42,618 nt of DNA, from the NCBI GenBank assembly GCA_051530055.1, contig JBMGUZ010000020.1, positions 1 to 42,618 of the forward strand, read 5' to 3'. Numbering within the stretch: position 1 is the stretch's first letter; each line of letters starts with the position of its first letter. Position numbers and translations under genes: made by a program. Below the pieces are notes generated by a model. The model made no database searches and was not told where the DNA came from. It saw nothing but the letters and a program-made list of their open reading frames with translations. Shown here piece by piece: positions 24,901 to 38,678 of the stretch. Source of the DNA: Neoechinorhynchus agilis (taxonomy: Eukaryota > Animalia > Acanthocephala).

Positions 24901-27900
24901 AATATTTAAACAATTCGATAAGAACGGAAAAATTAAAGAAGGAATTTATCAGGTCCGATATTTTTGCGAAGCCCACAATCCCCGTGCCTTTCTAGAAGAT
25001 TAATTGATGGAAGACTTGCACTTCAGAAATATCGGACCCAATAAATTCCTTTTTTAATTTTTTCCTTGATAAAAAAATGAACAATTCAATATTTAAACAA
25101 TTCGATAAGAACGGAAAAATTAAAGAAGCAATTTATCATTTCCGATATTTTTGCGAAGCCCACAATCCCGTGCCTTTCTAGAAGGTTAATTGATAGAAAA
25201 CTTGCACTTCAGAAATATCGGACCTAAAAAATTCCTTTTTTCATTTTTTCCTTGATAAAAAAAATGAACAATTCAATATTTAAACAATTCGATAAGAACG
25301 AAAAAATTAAAGAAGGAATTTATCAGGTCCGATATTTTTGCGAGGCCCACAATCTCGTGCCTTTCTAGAAGGTTAATTGATAGAAAACTTTCACTTCCGA
25401 AATATCGGACCTTATAAATTCTTTTTTCATTTTTCCTTGATAAAAAACATGAGCAATTCAATATTTAAACAATTCGATAACAACGGAAAAATTAAAGAAG
25501 GAATTTATCAGGTCCGATATTTTTGCGAGGCCCACAATCTCGTGCCGTTCTAGAAGGTTAATTGATAGAAAACTTGCACTTCCGAAATGTCGGACCTAAT
25601 AAATTCCTTTTTTCATTTTTTCCTTGATAAAAAAATAAACAATTCAATATTTAAACAAATCGATAAGAACGGAAAAATTAAAGAAGGAATTTATCAGGTC
25701 CGACAGTTTTGCGAGGCCCACAATCTCGTGCCTTTCTAGAAGGTTAATTGATAGAAAACTTGCACTTCCGAAATATCGGACCTTATAAATTCCTTTTTCA
25801 TTTTTCCTTGATAATAAAACATGAGCAATTCAATATTTAAACAATTCAATAAGAACGGAAAAGTTAAAGAAGGAATTTATCAGGTCCGATATTTTTGCGA
25901 AGCCCACCATCTCGTTACTTTCTAGAAGGTTAATTGATAGAAAACTTGCACTTCCGAAATATCGGACCTTATAAATTCTTTTTTCATTTTTCCTTGATAA
26001 AAAAACATGAGCAATTCAATATTTAAACAATTCGATAACAACGGAAAAATTAAAGAAGGAATTTATCAGGTCCGATATTTTTGCGAGGCCCACAATCTCG
26101 TGCCTTTCTAGAAGGTTAATTGATAGAAAACTTGCACTTCCGAAATATCGGACCTAATAAATTCCTTTTTTCATTTTTTCCTTGATAAAAAATGAACAAT
26201 TCAATATTTAAACAATTCGATAAGAACGAAAAAAATAAAGAAGGAATTTATCAGGTCCGATATTTTTGCGAAGCCCACAATCTCGTGCCTTTCTAGAAGG
26301 TTAATTGATAGAAAACTTGCACTTCAGAAATATCGGACCTAATAAATTGCTTTTTTCATTTTTTCCTTGATAAAAATTAAAGAAGGAATTTATCGGGTCC
26401 GATATTTTTGCGAAGCCCACAATCTCGTGCCTTTCTAGAAGGTTAATTGAGAAAACTTGCACTTCCGAAATACCGGACCCAATAAATTCTTTTTTTCATT
26501 TTTCCCTCGATTGAAAAACAGGAACAATACAATATTTAAACACTTCGATGAGAACGGAAAAATTAAAGAAGGAATTTATCAGGTCCGATATTTTTGCGAA
26601 GCCCACAATCAAGTGCCTTTCTAGAAGGTTAATTGATAGAAAACATGCACTTCCGAAATGTCGGACCTAATAAATTCCTTTTTTCATTTTTTCCTTGATA
26701 AAAAATGAACAATTCAATATTTAAACAATTCGATAAGAACGGAAAAATTAAAGAAGGAATTTATCAGGTCCGATATTTTTGCGAAGCCCACAATCTCGTG
26801 CCTTTCTAGAAGGTTAATTGATAGAAAACTTGCACTTCAGAAATATCGGACCTAATAAATTCCTTTTTTCATTTTTTCCTTGATAAAAAAATGAACAATT
26901 CAATATTTAAACAAATCGGAAAAATTAAAGAAGGAATTTATCAGGTCCGATATTTTTGCGAAGCCCACAATCTCGTGCCTTTCTAGAAGGTTAATTGATA
27001 GAAAACTTGCACTTCCGAAATACCGGACCCAATAAATTCTTTTTTTCATTTTTCCCTCGATTGAAAAACAGGAACAATACAATATTTAAACACTTCGATG
27101 AGAACGGAAAAATTAAAGAAGGAATTTATCAGGTCCGATATTTTTGCGAAGCCCACAATCAAGTGCCTTTCTAGAAGGTTAATTGATAGAAAACATGCAC
27201 TTCCGAAATGTCGGACCTAATAAATTCCTTTTTATTTTTTCCTTGATAAAAAATGAACAATTCAATATTGAAACAATTCGATAAGAACGGAAAAATTAAA
27301 GAAGGAATTTATCGGGTCCGATATTTTTGCGAAGCCCACAATCTCGTGCCTTTCTAGAAGGTTAATTGATAGAAAACTTGCACTTCAGAAATATCGGACC
27401 TAATAAATTCCTTTTTTCATTTTTTCCTTGATAAAAAATGAACAATTCAATATTTAAACAAATCGATAAGAACGGAAAAATTAAAGAAGGAATTTATCAG
27501 GTCCGATAGTTTTGCGAGGCCCACAATCTCGTACCTTTCGCGAAGGTTAATTGATAGAAAACTTGCACTTCCGAAATATCGGACCCAATAAATTCCTTTT
27601 TTCATTTTTTCCTTGATAGAAAAACAGGAACAATACAATATTTAAACACTTCGACAAGAACGGAAAAATTAAAGAAGGAATTTATCAGGTCCGACATTTT
27701 TGCGAGGCCAACAATCTCGTACCTTTCTAGAAGGTTAATTGATAGAAAACTTGCACTTTCGAAATATCGGAACTTATAAATTCCTTTTTAATTTTTCTTT
27801 GATAAAAAACGTGAACAATTCAATATTTAAACAATTCGATAAGAACGGAAAAATTAAAGAAGGAATTTATCAGGTCCGATATTTTTGCGAAGCCCACAAT

Positions 27901-30900
27901 TTCGTGCCTTTCTAGAAGGTTAATTGATAGAAAACTTGCACTTCAGAAATGTCGGACCTAATAAATTCCTTTTTTCATTCTTTCCTTGATAAAAAATGAA
28001 CAATTCAATATTTAAACAATTCAATAAGAACGGAAAAATTAAAGAAGGAATTTATCAGGTCCGATATTTTTCCGAAGCCCACAATCGCGTGCCTTTCTAG
28101 AAGGTTAATTGATAGAAAACTTGCACTTCAGAAATATCGGACCTAATAAATTGCTTCTTTCATTTTTTCCTTGATAAAAAAATGAACAATTCAATATGGA
28201 AACAATTCGATAAGAACGGAAAAATTAAAGAAGAAATTTATCGGGTCCGATAGTTTTGCGAGGCCCACAATCTCGTGCCTTTCTAGAAGGTTAATCGATA
28301 GAAAACTTGCACTTTCGAAATATCGTAACTTATAAATTCCTTTTTAATTTTTCCTTGATAAAAAAACGTGAACAATTCAATATTTAAACAATTCGATATT
28401 AACGGAAAAATTAAAGAAGGAATTTATCAGCTCCGATATTTTTGCGAAGCCCACAATCTCGTGCCTTTCTAGAAGGTAAATTGATAGAAAACTTGCACTT
28501 CCGAAATGTCGGACCTAATAAATTGCTTCTTTCATTTTTTCCTTGATAAAAAAATGAACAATTCAATATTTAAACAATTCGATAAGAACGGAAAAATTAA
28601 AGAAGGAATTTATCGGGTCCGTAATTTTTGCGAAGCCCACAATCTCGTGCCTTTCTAGAAGGTTAATTGATTGATCCGATATTTTTGCGAAGCCCACAAT
28701 CCCGTGCCTTTTCAGAAGGTTAATTGATAGAAAACTTTCACTTCAGACCCTTGAAAAAAAATGAACAATTCAATATTTAAACAATTCGATAAGAACGGAA
28801 AAATTAAAGAAGGAATTTATCAGGTCCGATATTTTTGCGATGCCCACAATCTCGTGCCTTTCTAGAAGGTTAATTGATAGAAAACTTGCACTTCCGAAAT
28901 ATCGGACCTTATAAATTCCTTTTTCATTTTTCCTTGATAAAAAAACATGAACAATTCAATATTTAAACAATTCGATAAGAACGGAAAAATTAAAGAAGGA
29001 ATTTATCAGGTCCGATATTTTTGCGAGGCCCACAATCTCGTGCCTTTCTAGAAGGTTAATTGATAGAAAACTTGCACTTCCGAAATATCGGACCTAATAA
29101 ATTCCTTTTTAATTTTTCCTTGATAAAAAAACATGAACAATTCATTATTTAAACAATTCGATATTAACGGAAAAATTAAAGAAGGAATTTATCAGGTCCG
29201 ATATTTTTGCGAGGCCCACAATCTCGTGCCTTTCTAGAAGGTTAATTGATAGAAAACTTGCACCTTCGAAATATCGGAACTTATAAATTCCTTTTTAATT
29301 TTTCCTTGATAAAAAAACGTGAACAATTCAATATTTAAACTATTCGATATTAACGGAAAAATTAAAGAAGGAATTTATCAGGTCCGATATTTTTGCGAAG
29401 CCCACATCAAGTGCCTTTCTAGAAGGTTAATTGATAGAAAACATGCACTTCCGAAATGTCGGACCTAATAAATTCCTTTTTTCATTTTTTCCTTGATAGA
29501 AAAACAGGAACAATACAATATTTAAACACTTCGACAAGAACGGAAAAATTAAAGAAGGAATTTATCAGGTCCGACATTTTTGCGAGGCCAACAATCTCGT
29601 ACCTTTCTAGAAGGTTAATTGATAGAAAACTTGCACTTTCGAAATGTCGGAACTTATAAATTCCTTTTTAATTTTTCTTTGATAAAAAAACGTGAACAAT
29701 TCAATATTTAAACAATTCGATAAGAACGGAAAAATTAAAGAAGGAATTTATCAGGTCCGATATTTTTGCGAAGCCCACAATCTCGTGCCTTTCTAGAAGG
29801 TTAATTGATAGAAAACTTGCACTTCATAAATATCGGACCTAATAAATTCTTTTTTCATTTTTTCCTTGATAACAAATGAACAATTCAATATTTTAACAAA
29901 TCGATAAGAACGGAAAAATTAAAGAAGGAATTTATCGGGTCCGATATTTTTGCGAAGCCCACAATCTCGTGCCTTTCTAGAAGGTTAATTGATAGAAGAC
30001 TTGCACTTAAGAAATATCGGACTCAATAAATTGCTTTTTTCATTTTTTCCTTGATAGAAAAACAGGAACAATACAATATTTAAACACTTCGACAAGAACG
30101 GAAAAATTAAAGAAGGAATTTATCAGGTCCGATATTTTTGCGAAGCCCGCAATCCCCGTGCCTTTCTAGAAGATTAATTGATGGAAGACTTGCACTTCAG
30201 AAATATCGGACCTAATAAATTAATTTTTCATTTTTTCCTTGATAAAAAAATGAAAAATTCAATATTTAAACAAATCGATAAGAGCGGAAAAATTAAAGAA
30301 GGATTTTATCAGGTCCGATAGTTTTGCGAGGCCCACAATCTCGTGCCTTTCTAGAAGGTTAATTGATAGAAAACTTGCACTTCATATCGGACCCAATAAA
30401 TTCCTTTTTTAATTTTTTCTTTGATAAAAAAATGAACAATTCAATATTACAACAATTCGAAAAACGGAAAAATTAAAGAAGCAATTTATCAGGTCCGATA
30501 TTTTTGCGAAGCCCACAATCCCGTGCCTTTTCAGAAGGTTAATTGATAGAAAACTTTCACTTCAGACCCTTGAAAAAAAAATGAACAATTCAATATTTAA
30601 ACAATTCGATAAGAACGGAAAAATTAAAGAAGGAATTTATAAGGTCCGATATTTTTGCCATGCCCACAATCTCGTGCCTTTCTAGAAGGTTAATTGATAG
30701 AAAACTTGCACTTCAGAAATATCGGACCTAATAAATTGCTTTTTTCATTTTTTCCTTGATAAAAAAATGAACAATTCAATATTTAAACAATTCGATAAGA
30801 ACGAAAAAATTAAAGAAGGAATTGATAAGGTCCGATATTTTTGCGAGGCCCACAATCTCGTGCCTTTCTAGAAGGTTAATTGATAGAAAACTTGCACTTC

Positions 30901-33900
30901 CGAAATATCGGACCTAATAAATTGCTTTTTTCATTTTTTCCTTGATAGAAAAACAGGAACAATACAATATTTAAACACTTCGATAAGAACGGAAAAATTA
31001 AAGAAGGAATTTATCAGGTCCGACATTTTTGCGAGGCCCACAATCTCGTGCCTTTCTAGAAGGTTAATTGATAGAAAACTTGCACTTTCGAAATATCGGA
31101 ACTTATAAATTCCTTTTTAATTTTTCCTTGATAAAAAAACATGTACAATTCAATATTTAAACAATTCGATAAGAACGGAAAAATTAAAGAAGGAATTTAT
31201 CAGGTCCGATATTTTTGCGAAGCCCACAATCTCGTGCCTTTCTAGAAGGTTAATTGATAGAAAACTTGCACTTCCGAAATATCGGACCTAATAAATTCCT
31301 TTTTTCATTTTTTCCTTGATAAAAAAATGAACAATTCAATATTTAAACAAATCGATAAGAACGGAAAAATTAAAGAAGGAATTTATCAGGTCCGATATTT
31401 TTGCGAAGCCCACAATCTCGTGCCTTTCTAGAAGGTTAATTGATAGAAAACTTGCACTTCAGAAATATCGGACCTAATAAATTCCTTTTTTCATTTTTTC
31501 CTTGATAAAAAATGAACAATTCAATATTTAAACAATTCGATAAGAACGGAAAAATTAAAGAAGGAATTTATCAGGTCCGATATTTTTGCGAAGCCCACAA
31601 TCTCGTGCCTTTCTAGAAGGTTAATTGATAGAAAACTTGCACTTCAGAAATATCGGACCTAATAAATTGCTTCTTTCATTTTTTCCTTGATAAAAAATGA
31701 ACAATTAAATATTTAAACAATTCGATAAGAACGGAAAAATTAAAGAAGGGATTTATCGGGTCCGATATTTTTGCGAAGCCCACAATCTGGTGGCTTTCTA
31801 GAAGGTTAATTGATAGAAAACTTGCACTTCAGAAATATCGGACCTAATAAATTCCTTTTTTCATTTTTATCTTGATAAAAAAATGAACAATTTAATATTT
31901 AAACTTTGATAAGAACGGAAAAATTAAAGAAGGAATTTATCGGGTCCGATATTTTTGCGAAGCCCACAATCCTGTGCGTTTCTAGAAGGTTAATTGATAG
32001 AAAACTTGCACTTAAATATCGGACCTAATAAATTCCTTTTTTAATTTTTCCCTTGATAAAAAAATGAACAATTCAATATTTAAACAAATCGATAAGAAGG
32101 GAAAAATTAAAGAAGGAATTTATCAGGTCCGATAGTTTTGCGAGGCCCACAATCTCGTGCCTTTCGCGAAGGTTAATTGATAGAAAACTTGCACTTCCGA
32201 AATATCGGACCCAATAAATTCATTTTTTCATTTTTCCTTGATAAAAAAATGAACAATTCAATATTTAAACAAATCGATAAGAACGGAAAAATTAAAGAAG
32301 GAATTTATCAGGTCCGATAGTTTTGCGAGGCCCACAATCTCGTGCCTTTCTAGAAGGTTAATTGATAGAAAACTTGCACTTCCGAAATATCGGACTTAAT
32401 AAATTCCTTTTTTCATTTTTTCCTTGATAAAAAAATGAACAATTCAATATTTAAACAATTCGATAAGAACGGAAAAATTAAAGAAGAAATTTATCAGGTC
32501 CGATATTTTTGCGAGGCCCACAATCTCGTGCCTTTCTAGAAGGTTAATTGATAGAAAACTTGCACTTTGGAAATATCGGACCTAATAAATTGCTTTTTTC
32601 ATTTTTTCCTTGATAAAAAAAATGAACAATTCAATATTTAAACAAATCGATAAGAACGGAAAAATTAAAGAAGGAATTTATCAGGTCCGATATTTTTGCG
32701 AGGCCCACAATCTCGTGCCTTTCTAGAAGGTTAATTGATAGAAAACTTGCACTTCCGAAATATCGGACCTAATAAATTCCTTTTTTCATTTTTTCCTTGA
32801 TAGAAAAACATGAACAATACAATATTTAAACAATTCGATAAGAACGGAAAAATTAAAGAAGGAATTTATCAGGTCCGATATTTTTGCGAGGCCCACAATC
32901 TCGTGCCTTTCTAGAAGGTTAATTGATAGAAAACTTGCACTTCCGAAATATCGGACCTAATAAATTCCTTTTTTCATTTTTCCTTGATAAAAAACATGAA
33001 CAATACAATATTTAAACAATTCGATAAGAACGGAAAAATTAAAGAAGGAATTTATCAGGTCCGATATTTTTGCGAAGCCCACAATCTCGTGCCTTTCTAG
33101 AAGGTTAATTGATAGAAAACTTGCACTTCAGAAATATCGGACCTAATAAATTCCTTTTTTCTTTTTCCTTGATAAAAAAATGAACAATTCAATATTTAAA
33201 CAATTCGATAAGAACGGAAAAATTAAAGAAGGAATTTATCAGGTCCGATATTTTTGCGAAGCCCACAATCTCGTGCCTTTCTAGAAGGTTAATTGATAGA
33301 AAACTTGCACTTCAGAAATATCGGACCTAATAAATTCCTTTTTTCATTTTTTCCTTGATAGAAAAACATGAACAATTCAATATTTAAACAATTCGATAAG
33401 AACGGAAAAATTAAAGAAGGAATTTATCAGGTCCGATATTTTTGCGAAGCCCACAATCTCGTGCCTTTCTAGAAGGTTAATTGATAGAAAACTTGCACTT
33501 CAGAAATATCGGACCTAATAAATTAATTTTTCATTTTTTCCTTGATAAAAAAATGAACAATTCAATATTTAAACAATTCGATAAGAACGGAAAAATTAAA
33601 GAAGGAATTTATCAGGTCCGATATTTTTGCGAGGCCCACAATCTCGTTCCTTTCTAGAAGGTTAATTGATAGAAAACTTGCACTTCAGAAATATCGGACC
33701 CAATAAATTCCTTTTTTAATTTTTTCCTTGATAAAAAAAAATGAACAATTCAATATTTAAACAATTCGATAAGAACGGAAAAATTAAAGAAGGAATTTAT
33801 CAGGTCCGATATTTTTGCGAAGCCCACAATCTCGTGCCTTTCTAGAAGGTTAATTGATAGAAAACTTGCACTTCAGAAATATCGGACCTAATAAATTGCT

Positions 33901-36900
33901 TTTTTCATTTTTTCCTTGATAAAAAAATGAACAATTCAATATTTAAACAATTCGACAAGAACGGAAAAATTAAAGAAGGAATTTATCAGGTCCGATATTT
34001 TTGCGAAGCCCACAATCTCGTGCCTTTCTAGAAGGTTAATTGATAGAAAACTTGCACTTCCGAAATATCGGACCTAATAAATTGCTTTTTTCATTTTTTC
34101 CTTGATAAAAAAACATGAACAATTCAATATTTAAACAAATCGATAAGAACGGAAAAATTAAAGAAGGAATTTATCAGGTCCGACATTTTTGCGAGGCCCA
34201 CAATCTCGTGCCTTTCTAGAAGGTTAATTGATAGAAAACTTGCACTTTCGAAATATCGGAACTTATAAATTCCTTTTTAATTTTTCCTTGATAAAAAACA
34301 TGAACAATTCAATATTTAAACAATTCGATAAGAACGGAAAAATTAAAGAAGGAATTTATCAGGTCCGATATTTTTGCGAGGCCCACAATCTCGTGCCTTT
34401 CTAGAAGGTTAATTGATAGAAAACTTGCACTTCCGAAATATCGGACCCAATAAATTCCTTTTTTCATTTTTTCCTTGATAAAAAAATGAACAATTCAATA
34501 TTTAAACACTTCGACAAGAACGGAAAAATTAAAGAAGGAATTTATCAGGTCCGATATTTTTGCGAAGCCCACAATCTCGTGCCTTTCTAGAAGGTTAATT
34601 GATAGAAAACTTGCACTTCAGAAATATCGGACCTAATAAATTCCTTTTTCATTTTTTCCTTGATAAAAAAATGAACAATTCAATATTTAAACAATTCGAT
34701 AAGAACGGAAAAATTAAAGAAGGAATTTATCAGGTCCGATATTTTTGCGAAGCCCACAATCTCGTGCCTTTCTAGAAGGTTAATTGATAGAAAACTTGCA
34801 CTTCAGAAATATCGGACCTAATAAATTCCTTCTTTCATTTTTTCCTTGATAAAAAATGAACAATTCAATATTTAAACAATTCGATAAGAACGGAAAAATT
34901 AAAGAAGGGATTTATCGGGTCCGATATTTTTGCGAAGCCCACAATCTGGTGGCTTTCTAGAAGGTTAATTGATAGAAAACTTGCACTTCAGAAATATCGG
35001 ACCTAATAAATTCCTTTTTTCATTTTTATCTTGATAAAAAAATGAACAATTTAATATTTAAACAATTTGATAAGAACGGAAAAATTAAAGAAGGAATTTA
35101 TCGGGTCCGATATTTTTGCGAAGCCCACAATCCTGTGCGTTTCTAGAAGGTTAATTGATAGAAAACTTGCACTTCAGAAATATCGGACCTAATAAATTCC
35201 TTTTTTAATTTTTCCCTTGATAAAAAAATGAACAATTCAATATTTAAACAAATCGATAAGAAGGGAAAAATTAAAGAAGGAATTTATCAGGTCCGATAGT
35301 TTTGCGAGGCCCACAATCTCGTGCCTTTCGCGAAGGTTAATTGATAGAAAACTTGCACTTCCGAAATATCGGACCCAATAAATTCATTTTTTCATTTTTC
35401 CTTGATAAAAAAATGAACAATTCAATATTTAAACAAATCGATAAGATCGGAAAAATTAAAGAAGGAATTTATCAGGTCCGATAGTTTTGCGAGGCCCACA
35501 ATCTCGTGCCTTTCTAGAAGGTTAATTGATAGAAAACTTGCACTTCCGAAATATCGGACTTAATAAATTCCTTTTTTCATTTTTTCCTTGATAAAAAAAT
35601 GAACAATTCAATATTTAAACAATTCGATAAGAACGGAAAAATTAAAGAAGAAATTTATCAGGTCCGATATTTTTGCGAGGCCCACAATCTCGTGCCTTTC
35701 TAGAAGGTTAATTGATAGAAAACTTGCACTTTGGAAATATTGGACCTAATAAATTGCTTTTTTCATTTTTTCCTTGATAAAAAAATGAACAATTCAATAT
35801 TTAAACAAATCGATAAGAACGGAAAAATTAAAGAAGGAATTTATCAGGTCCGACAGTTTTGCGAGGCCCACAATCTCGTGCCTTTCTAGAAGGTTAATTA
35901 ATAGAAACCTCGCACTTCAGAAATATCGGACCCAATAAATTCCTTTATTCATTTTTTCCTTGATAGAAAAAAATGAACAATTCAATATTTAAACAATTTG
36001 ATAAGAACGGAAAAATTAAAGAAGGAATTTATCAGGTCCGATATTTTTGCGAGGCCCACAATCTCGTGCCTTTCTAGAAGGTTAATTGATAGAAAACTTG
36101 CACTTCCGAAATATCGGACCTAATAAATTCCTTTTTTCATTTTTTCCTTGATAAAAAATGAACAATACAATATTTAAACAATTCGATAAGAACGGAAAAA
36201 TTAAAGAAGGAATTTATCAGGTCCGATATTTTTGCGAGGCCCACAATCTCGTGCCTTTCTAGAAGGTTAATTGATAGAAAACCTGCACTTCAGAAATATC
36301 GGACCTAATAAATTCCTTTTTTCATTTTTTCCTTGATAAAAAAATGAACAATTCAATATTTAAACAATTCGATAAGAACGGAAAAATTAAAGAAGGAATT
36401 TATCAGGTCCGATATTTTTGCGAGGCCCACAATCTCGTGCCTTTATAGAAGGTTAATTGATAGAAAACTTGCACTTCCGAAATATCGGACCTAATAAATT
36501 CCTTTTTTCATTTTTTCCTTGATAAAAAAATGAACAATTCAATATTTAAACAATTCGATAAGAACGGAAAAATTAAAGAAGGAATTTATCAGGTCCGATA
36601 TTTTTGCGAGGCCCACAATCTCGTGCCTTTCTAGAAGGTTAATTGATAGAAAACTTGCACTTCCGAAATATCGGACCTAATAAATTCCTTTTTTCATTTT
36701 TTCTTGATAAAAAAATGAACAATTCAATATTTAAACAATTCGATAAGAACGGAAAAATTAAAGAAGGAATTTATCAGGTCCGATATTTTTGCGAGGCCCA
36801 CAATCTCGTGCCTTTCTAGAAGGTTAATTGATAGAAAACTTGCACTTCAGAAATATCGGACCTAATAAATTGCTTTTTTCATTTTTTCCTTGATAAAAAA

Positions 36901-37986
36901 ATGAACAATTCAATATTTAAACAAATCGATAAGAACGGAAAAATTAAAGAAGGAATTTATCAGGTCCGACAGTTTTGCGAGGCCCACAATCTCGTGCCTT
37001 TCTAGAAGGTTAATTAATAGAAACCTCGCACTTCAGAAATATCGGACCCAATAAATTCCTTTATTCATTTTTTCCTTGATAGAAAAAAATGAACAATTCA
37101 ATATTTAAACAATTCGATAAGAACGGAAAAATTAAAGAAGGAATTTATCAGGTCCGATATTTTTGCGAGGCCCACAATCTCGTGCCTTTCTAGAAGGTTA
37201 ATTGATAGAAAACTTGCACTTCCGAAATATCGGACCTAATAAATTCCTTTTTTCATTTTTTCCTTGATAGAAAAACATGAACAATACAATATTTAAACAA
37301 TTCGATAAGAACGGAAAAATTAAAGAAGGAATTTATCAGGTCCGATATTTTTGCGAGGCCCACAATCTCGTGCCTTTCTAGAAGGTTAATTGATAGAAAA
37401 CCTGCACTTCAGAAATATCGGACCTAATAAATTCCTTTTTTCATTTTTTCCTTGATAAAAAAATGAACAATTCAATATTTAAACAAATCGATAAGAACGG
37501 AAAAATTAAAGAAGGAATTTATCAGGTCCGATATTTTTGCGAGGCCCACAATCTCGTGCCTTTATAGAAGGTTAATTGATAGAAAACTTGCACTTCCGAA
37601 ATGTCGGACCTAATAAATTCCTTTTTTCATTTTTTCCTTAATAGAAAAACATGAGCAATTCAATATTTAAACAATTCGATAAGAACGGAAAAATTAAAGA
37701 AGGAATTTATCAGGTCCGATATTTTTGCGAGGCCCACAATCTCGTGCCTTTCGCGAAGGTTAATTGATAGAAAACTTGCACTTCCGAAATATCGGACCCT
37801 ATAAATTCCTTTTTTCATTTTTTCTTGATAAAAAAACATGAACCATTCAATATTTAAACAATTCGATAAGAACGGAAAAATTATAGAAGGAATTTATCAG
37901 GTCCGATATTTTTGCGAAGCCCACAATCTCGTTCCTTTCTAGAAGGTTAATTGATAGAAGACTTGCAGTTCAGAAATATCGGACCT
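9902..37986. repeat. Satellite DNA array, about 150 head-to-tail monomers of about 186-187 bp
   Basis: Consensus-like unit GAACAATTCAATATTTAAACAATTCGATAAGAACGGAAAAATTAAAGAAGGAATTTATCAGGTCCGATATTTTTGCGA(A/G)GCCCACAATCTCGTGCCTTTCTAGAAGGTTAATTGATAGAAAACTTGCACTTC(A/C)GAAATATCGGACCTAATAAATTCCTTTTTTCATTTTTTCCTTGATAAAAAAAT repeats continuously in one orientation. Monomer count is estimated from length. Confidence 0.98.
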
Positions 37987-38084
37987 CGAAAAAAAGGATT
38001 TAGTTATTTAAAAAATATTATGTGGTTGTTCTTTTTTCTAAGACAAAACTTAGTTCACAAAAGAGTGAATGAGACATCCTTTTT

Positions 38085-38432
38085 TTATGCAAGGCGGCTC
38101 CCACTAAATAGTTTCATTCCGTCATTTGTGGCAAATATCAATGCTTCCCTTATTGATTTCCACCCTACGGCGTCAGTCTCGTGCGGAGGTTTCTCCTGCT
38201 TGTTACATTTCACTGCGTACGTAAAAACTGCCAAGATTGATTGAGCAGCGTCAATGTTGACTTTTCTTAGACTCCAAATGACTTCAAAGTGATTTTTTGG
38301 TTGAACAGCTTTGGCATTGGTCTCTTTATCGATTCGCTGGACGAAGCGCCTCTCACGAATTCCGACTTGAGCAGCAAAAATTCTTAATTTGAGCACGGCT
38401 AAAAACGCTCTGTACCATTTGGATGTCCCCAT
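38085..38432 (-). CDS. Uncharacterised 115-aa ORF
   Basis: ATG-initiated ORF in non-repetitive sequence, divergent from RB1CC1 and ending about 100 bp from the satellite. No recognisable domain; the 5' end may be incomplete. Confidence 0.35.
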   Translation of the reverse strand: MGTSKWYRAFLAVLKLRIFAAQVGIRERRFVQRIDKETNAKAVQPKNHFEVIWSLRKVNIDAAQSILAVFTYAVKCNKQEKPPHETDAVGWKSIREALIFATNDGMKLFSGSRLA

Positions 38433-38678
38433 TTGTGGTAATACTCATCAACGACACTCGTCTATGTTCTTTTTGCGTTGTTTGTTCGCTGGCCGAATTT
38501 TAATAGCGTATCGTTGGTTTAAAAGAAATCGAATTTGATGAAATAAAATTATCGCAGCGCAAACGGCCTAGAAGCACGCTTCCCAAGTTGGTTTGAATAT
38601 TTTGAAATTTTCACGAGCAAATTTTTGATATCTATCATAAACGTTTCGCACTTTATAGACGTATCCGAAATAGATAAA

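Noticed and set aside
12480-29659. Many similar 60-73 aa ORFs (e.g. MYCSCFSIKEKMKKGIYWVRYFG...)
   Set aside because: They are chance translations of the satellite monomer with TTG/GTG-type starts, interrupted by A/T-run length variation.
9902-37986. CRISPR-like array
   Set aside because: No unique spacers; the whole monomer repeats, the context is eukaryotic and there are no cas genes.
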